A DNA stretch of 64,000 nucleotides from Orbicella franksi (taxonomy: Eukaryota), in assembly GCA_964199315.1 (NCBI GenBank), contig OZ116706.1:24800001-24864000 (forward strand). Direction: 5' to 3'. The position numbers and the translations under genes were made by a program. A model generated the notes under the pieces. The model saw only the letters and a program-made list of their open reading frames with translations. It did not search any database and was not told where the DNA came from. This document shows, piece after piece, positions 59,796 through 64,000 of this stretch (position 1 is the first letter of the stretch; every line of letters starts with the position of its first letter).

Positions 59796-62700
59796 TTATT
59801 TCTTCAGACGGAGCGTCCCTGAAATAAGGCTTGGTAGGACTGGAATACTGTACACATATCCAGGTTCATCCAAAAAAACCAGCTCGATATCATCGTCATC
59901 ATAGTCAAATGACTGCACCTCTGCCTCGTACCAACCTTGAAAAAAAAATTAATAGCTTTGTAAATGCAGAAGGAATTAGGGAATAGTAGCACCAAGTCAC
60001 ATAAGTTCTCAGTTTATGTGGTTCTTGACTTTCTTCTGTATGTGGTGTCATGTTAACAGAATTACTGGGGACATTCACTCAATAATCAGCCTGGACATGA
60101 CGATATAATATATTCTTGATAGTGAATACATGAAAATCACTATATGTGCACTGTGGGTGATAGGGTATAGGGTATGAGTATATTACAAACTCGCAAAGTG
60201 AACAGCTCCCAATTCATCAGCTGGTTGAGCACTGCATCAGTATCACAGAGGTCGTGGATTTGAATCCCGTTCAAGCCTGAAATTTTTTCTGGCGTTCTTT
60301 TCTAAACGGCTCAAGTTGAGTTCAAGTTGATGATTGTTCATTTGTTAAATATAGATCTTATGAAACAAAACAAACACACATACCAGCTGGCCACTCCCTG
60401 TCCACTAGGTCATCTTTTGTCCATTTAAATTCAACAATGGCCCAAATCTGACATATTTCCTCATAGCTGCCAAGCTTTTTCTCTGTGGATAGTGCAAGTT
60501 TGACCTTTCCTGCGGTGGCCTCTTTCTCTATGCAGTACTTGTAAGTGACACCTACTTCTGTGTCAAATTCCACCACCATTGTGTCACTGTCCTTTATGTA
60601 CTGTCTGACAGTTCCAACATACCACCCTAGAACAAAAAAACATTCTCTTATTGTTTTGTTGGGTTGAGGGAAATGGAATTGGTATTTATATTATACTCTT
60701 CCTACTGTCTGTGTTGAACAAAGTGGTTGCAAACATTACGCAAGGGACTAAAACACTCTGAAATGTCAATTATCGATGTCTCATTCAAATAAGTTGGTCA
60801 ACTTGCAAATATTTAGCTTCATAAAATACATAACTATCATCGTTACTCCTTGTCAATGACAGCATTAAATCGTTTTTTGAGTGCTGATTTATTGACTATT
60901 ATTAAACATTGTTGTCATATACCCCTGTAACTTGTTTTCAAATGAGTTATAAATTCCCTTACCCGATTTCCATCCAGATGTTCCAACTTCATCCTTGCTC
61001 CATGATACTAGAACCCTAGCACCCACTGATCTCATGGCTTCCAACGTCACAGGGACATTTTTGCGAAGGTGGTTCTTTTCGTGCTGCAACTTCTGGTAAA
61101 TAGAAAGTTCATCACTTAGAGGAGTCAGGGCTTCCTTGAGATTGTCCAGTGATAGACCATCCGTCACTGGCAGGAATGCATTTTGCTTTTGCGGAGGAGT
61201 GGACGCCCTATCTCTTGGTTGCATCAAAATTATTGAGGTACCTGACAGCATGGCAAACTTTCTCCTCTTGAGGATTACTTTGGGATCTTCCAAGTAAAGG
61301 CTTTTCTCTGCAATCATGAGGGTTCTTGTTGCATTAATGATGTTCCTTATGGCTTCAAGTTCCCTATGGAAGGCGAAATAGCTTCTTCCTCGTCAAACCA
61401 TGCTAACTCGAGCAACCAATTCATCTTTGTTGCCACTATCCAAAACATTGTGGACTCATAAGATTTCTCTCAGCCTATACACGGACACTTTGGCAATTTC
61501 CGTTACAAAATCTGGAATGCAGAGGACATTAGCACCGTACTCTACAAGAGGGGGTGGTTTAGCACAGTCTCTTTTGTCTGATAGATGCTTTACACACGTG
61601 TTTTTTCCCTTCGATCGATGGTCCCTCTTTACGACACAACTGCTGAAGGTGTTCTTTATCATTCTCCTGATAAAGCGGTTCCTGGGACCAATACTCTCTT
61701 TGTCATTTGCAAATGATTTATCCACCTTTTCTTTGTACTCCTGACAGAATGTTGTCACATCTGTTTCGGTGCACCAGGTTAGAAACAATATGGAAGGCAA
61801 GATGTTTTCAACACCATTAGGAAACACTTTCTATGTCATTTCCAAATTTTTGAAGGAAGAAATGCTCCAGGTGTGTCTGAAACAATTTGCGTTTAATTTT
61901 TGGATCTTCTCTAAGGGTAGGTAATACATTTCACCACCAGTGGCCATCCATCTGACATAGTCAGGCACAGGTTGCACAGTGAATAATGTTGTTTCCAACT
62001 CACACTCAATATTTGGGTTGAATATTATAGGGGAATATTTATCAATCCAGCAGGTCCTCTGTCCTGCTTCGTGAAACGTGTTCTGCAGAATTTGGTAGTC
62101 TTCCCTGTGGCTTCCTGTGTAATCTTCATCCAAGTCCCATACGGTTGCAACCTCCCTCCACAAATCGTTTTTAATGGGATGGTACTGTAGGATGTCATCA
62201 GCCTTCCTTTTTTTCTTCATTAAATACGAAATTTTCCTGCCCATCAATTCCACGCGTCACAACACATGGGCCATCACCATACTGTGTATTGGCTAAACAC
62301 TGCCTAACTTCCTCTGCCATGTGTTCCATGTTTGCCTTGTGTTTGTCATCTCCTGTACCATACTCTGGATAAATTCCCCTTGCTTGAGAATTTTTCATTG
62401 GACAGGGCGTGGTTTTGTGCAGCATGGACTCGTTCCACCGGATTCCTTTTGCTATGGTACTCGGCAAAAGACTTTTGAGTTACTGACTTCAATTTCAGTA
62501 TCCTCGCCAAACGTACCAACCACATTTGTAGCAAAGGGCTCGCCAGGGCCTCAGATGGTCCATTATCCACAATAAATGCAAAATGTTCCTTCAATTTCCC
62601 AGTGTGAGGGTTTCTGAACAAATGATCAAGTGCTGGATTTCTTAACAGTAGAAAGATCTCATTGACGACACGGTGTACTGTTTCTGGTTCAACATGAGAT

Positions 62701-64000
62701 AGGTTTAGAAGAGTTGCTGCTGTTCTCATTCTACGAACACTGCACACAAGCCTCTGTTCCCCTTTCTCTTCAAGATATAATGCTCTTTCCATAAGCAGGT
62801 GACTTATCGGTGTAACTGCATTCTGAGAAGACCTATTCCAGTCGTGATCAGGTAAGATTACTTTACGCCAGGTTTTTCCTGGTTTTTGAACCGAAGATAC
62901 GTCAGAGTGAATTTTTGCTTTGGCATCCTTTCGAGTCTACCAAAATACAGTTTGGCAGCAAATGTGCTAAATCCAAAGTGAGGTTTACATTTTGTGTGGA
63001 CCAATGCACGTTAATAACAAATTTGCTCTACTCCAATTCTTTGTGGCTTATGCAGGGATAAACATGCATTAATACCTCGCCCTGAATGGTGCCTTCTAGC
63101 CTGGTATGTCCTCGCATTAATTTTGAGTATAATTGAAGCATGTAGATAAACTAATACTGAATCCCTTTGGAGCTAAAGCTAGGATGGTTTCTCTTGCCTG
63201 CTGCATTATGGTGTTACTGTCTGCTGCTCTGTAAAGCACAGTGTCTGTTAGTCTGGGATGACTTTCCAGGCCTCCCCCTGCCCTTCTACACGATCACATT
63301 CTCCAAAACCAAACTCCAGAATTCCTGTAAGATCTGGAAATTCTTCGCATTTGAGTTGTCTTCCTCTCCCTTTGAATACATGACATAATTTCTCAAGTTT
63401 CGTTGATTGAAGCAGCCTGCTGCATTTCTTCCTTTTCGCTTCTTCAGTCGTTGAGGGGTCTCTTACCTGTATCTCACTCTTCGTGTCCTCAAACAATTGT
63501 AGATTACAGGCAACGGTACCATTTGAGTACTGGAAACTTCTTTTGTCTTAAACATTGGCAAATTTGCCCATGAATTTTGCACTTGTTATTTGGGTTAATA
63601 TTGCTTTGACAGTGTCCCTCTCTCGTTTACTGTCAAGATACTGCAATAAAGTATCGTACATGCTTCCAATCGCTTCCTCTACTCTGGTTCACTATGGTCT
63701 GATCTGCTTTTCCGATTTGTTGCAATGACTCTACAATCTTGACTATTTCCTTGCCATGGTTCTCAACAATGTAGCCTTTTCCATTTATGTAAACTTGTGC
63801 AACATTTAAATGTTTCAACATGATCTTGAGTAAGCGGGATGACTCAAGGTGGGAAGGCTCCTTCAAACCTTTTGATTCCTTGTACTTTTTGACAAGATCT
63901 TGCATAGGGACAAGTAACCCATTATTCATGATGTGGTACGCAAGAGATATCATTGCACTCAAGTGATTTTGTTGTTCTGAGGATCCAGCAATAAGGTCTT
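59796..64000 (-). mobile_element. Zator-like DDE transposase gene with C-terminal SAP x2 and Tudor-like x2 modules, three exons, pseudogenised
   Basis: Long exon (>64000-60963) contains VDSKDAKAKI..KVILPDHDW..FIVDNGPSE..FAEYHSKRNPVERVH, then SAP-like LQQLCRKEG.SIEGKKH.CVKHL and YRLREIL.VHNVLDSGNKDELVARV. Exons 60626-60384 and 59935-59796 each begin at G|WY with GT-AG phase-1 introns. Confidence 0.8.
60170..60340 (+). mobile_element. Degraded tRNA-derived repeat/SINE inside intron 2 of the Zator-like gene
   Basis: agctggttgagcactgcatcagtatcacagaggtcgtggatttgaatcccgttcaagcctgaa contains decayed A and B boxes. Confidence 0.6.

Overview
AT-rich eukaryotic genomic DNA. The repeat repertoire is typical of a cnidarian, most likely a stony coral (inference). 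No intact housekeeping gene, rRNA, true tRNA or CRISPR array is present. The window is a graveyard of nested transposable elements: a near full-length CR1/L2 LINE, a full RTE LINE, two L1/Tx1 relics, a complete BEL/Pao element with TSD, three Gypsy relics, DIRS, Penelope, three pogo-type TIR elements, SINEs and MITEs. It also holds several decayed spliced genes. The most notable are: (1) an intron-containing Zator-like DDE transposase fused to two SAP and two Tudor-like modules (59.8-64 kb); (2) a spliced streptopain/C10-like cysteine protease pseudogene with a prodomain (0.7-2.7 kb); (3) a pogo-type TIR element whose only cargo is a HIRAN-domain ORF (46.9-48.0 kb); (4) a multi-exon CACTA/EnSpm-like transposase that can be reassembled across three nested insertions (42.7-48.6 kb); (5) a 36-bp minisatellite whose variation looks like that of a coding N-glycosylated repeat (12-13.6 kb). 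All family assignments come from hand translation and motif recognition, not database searches.
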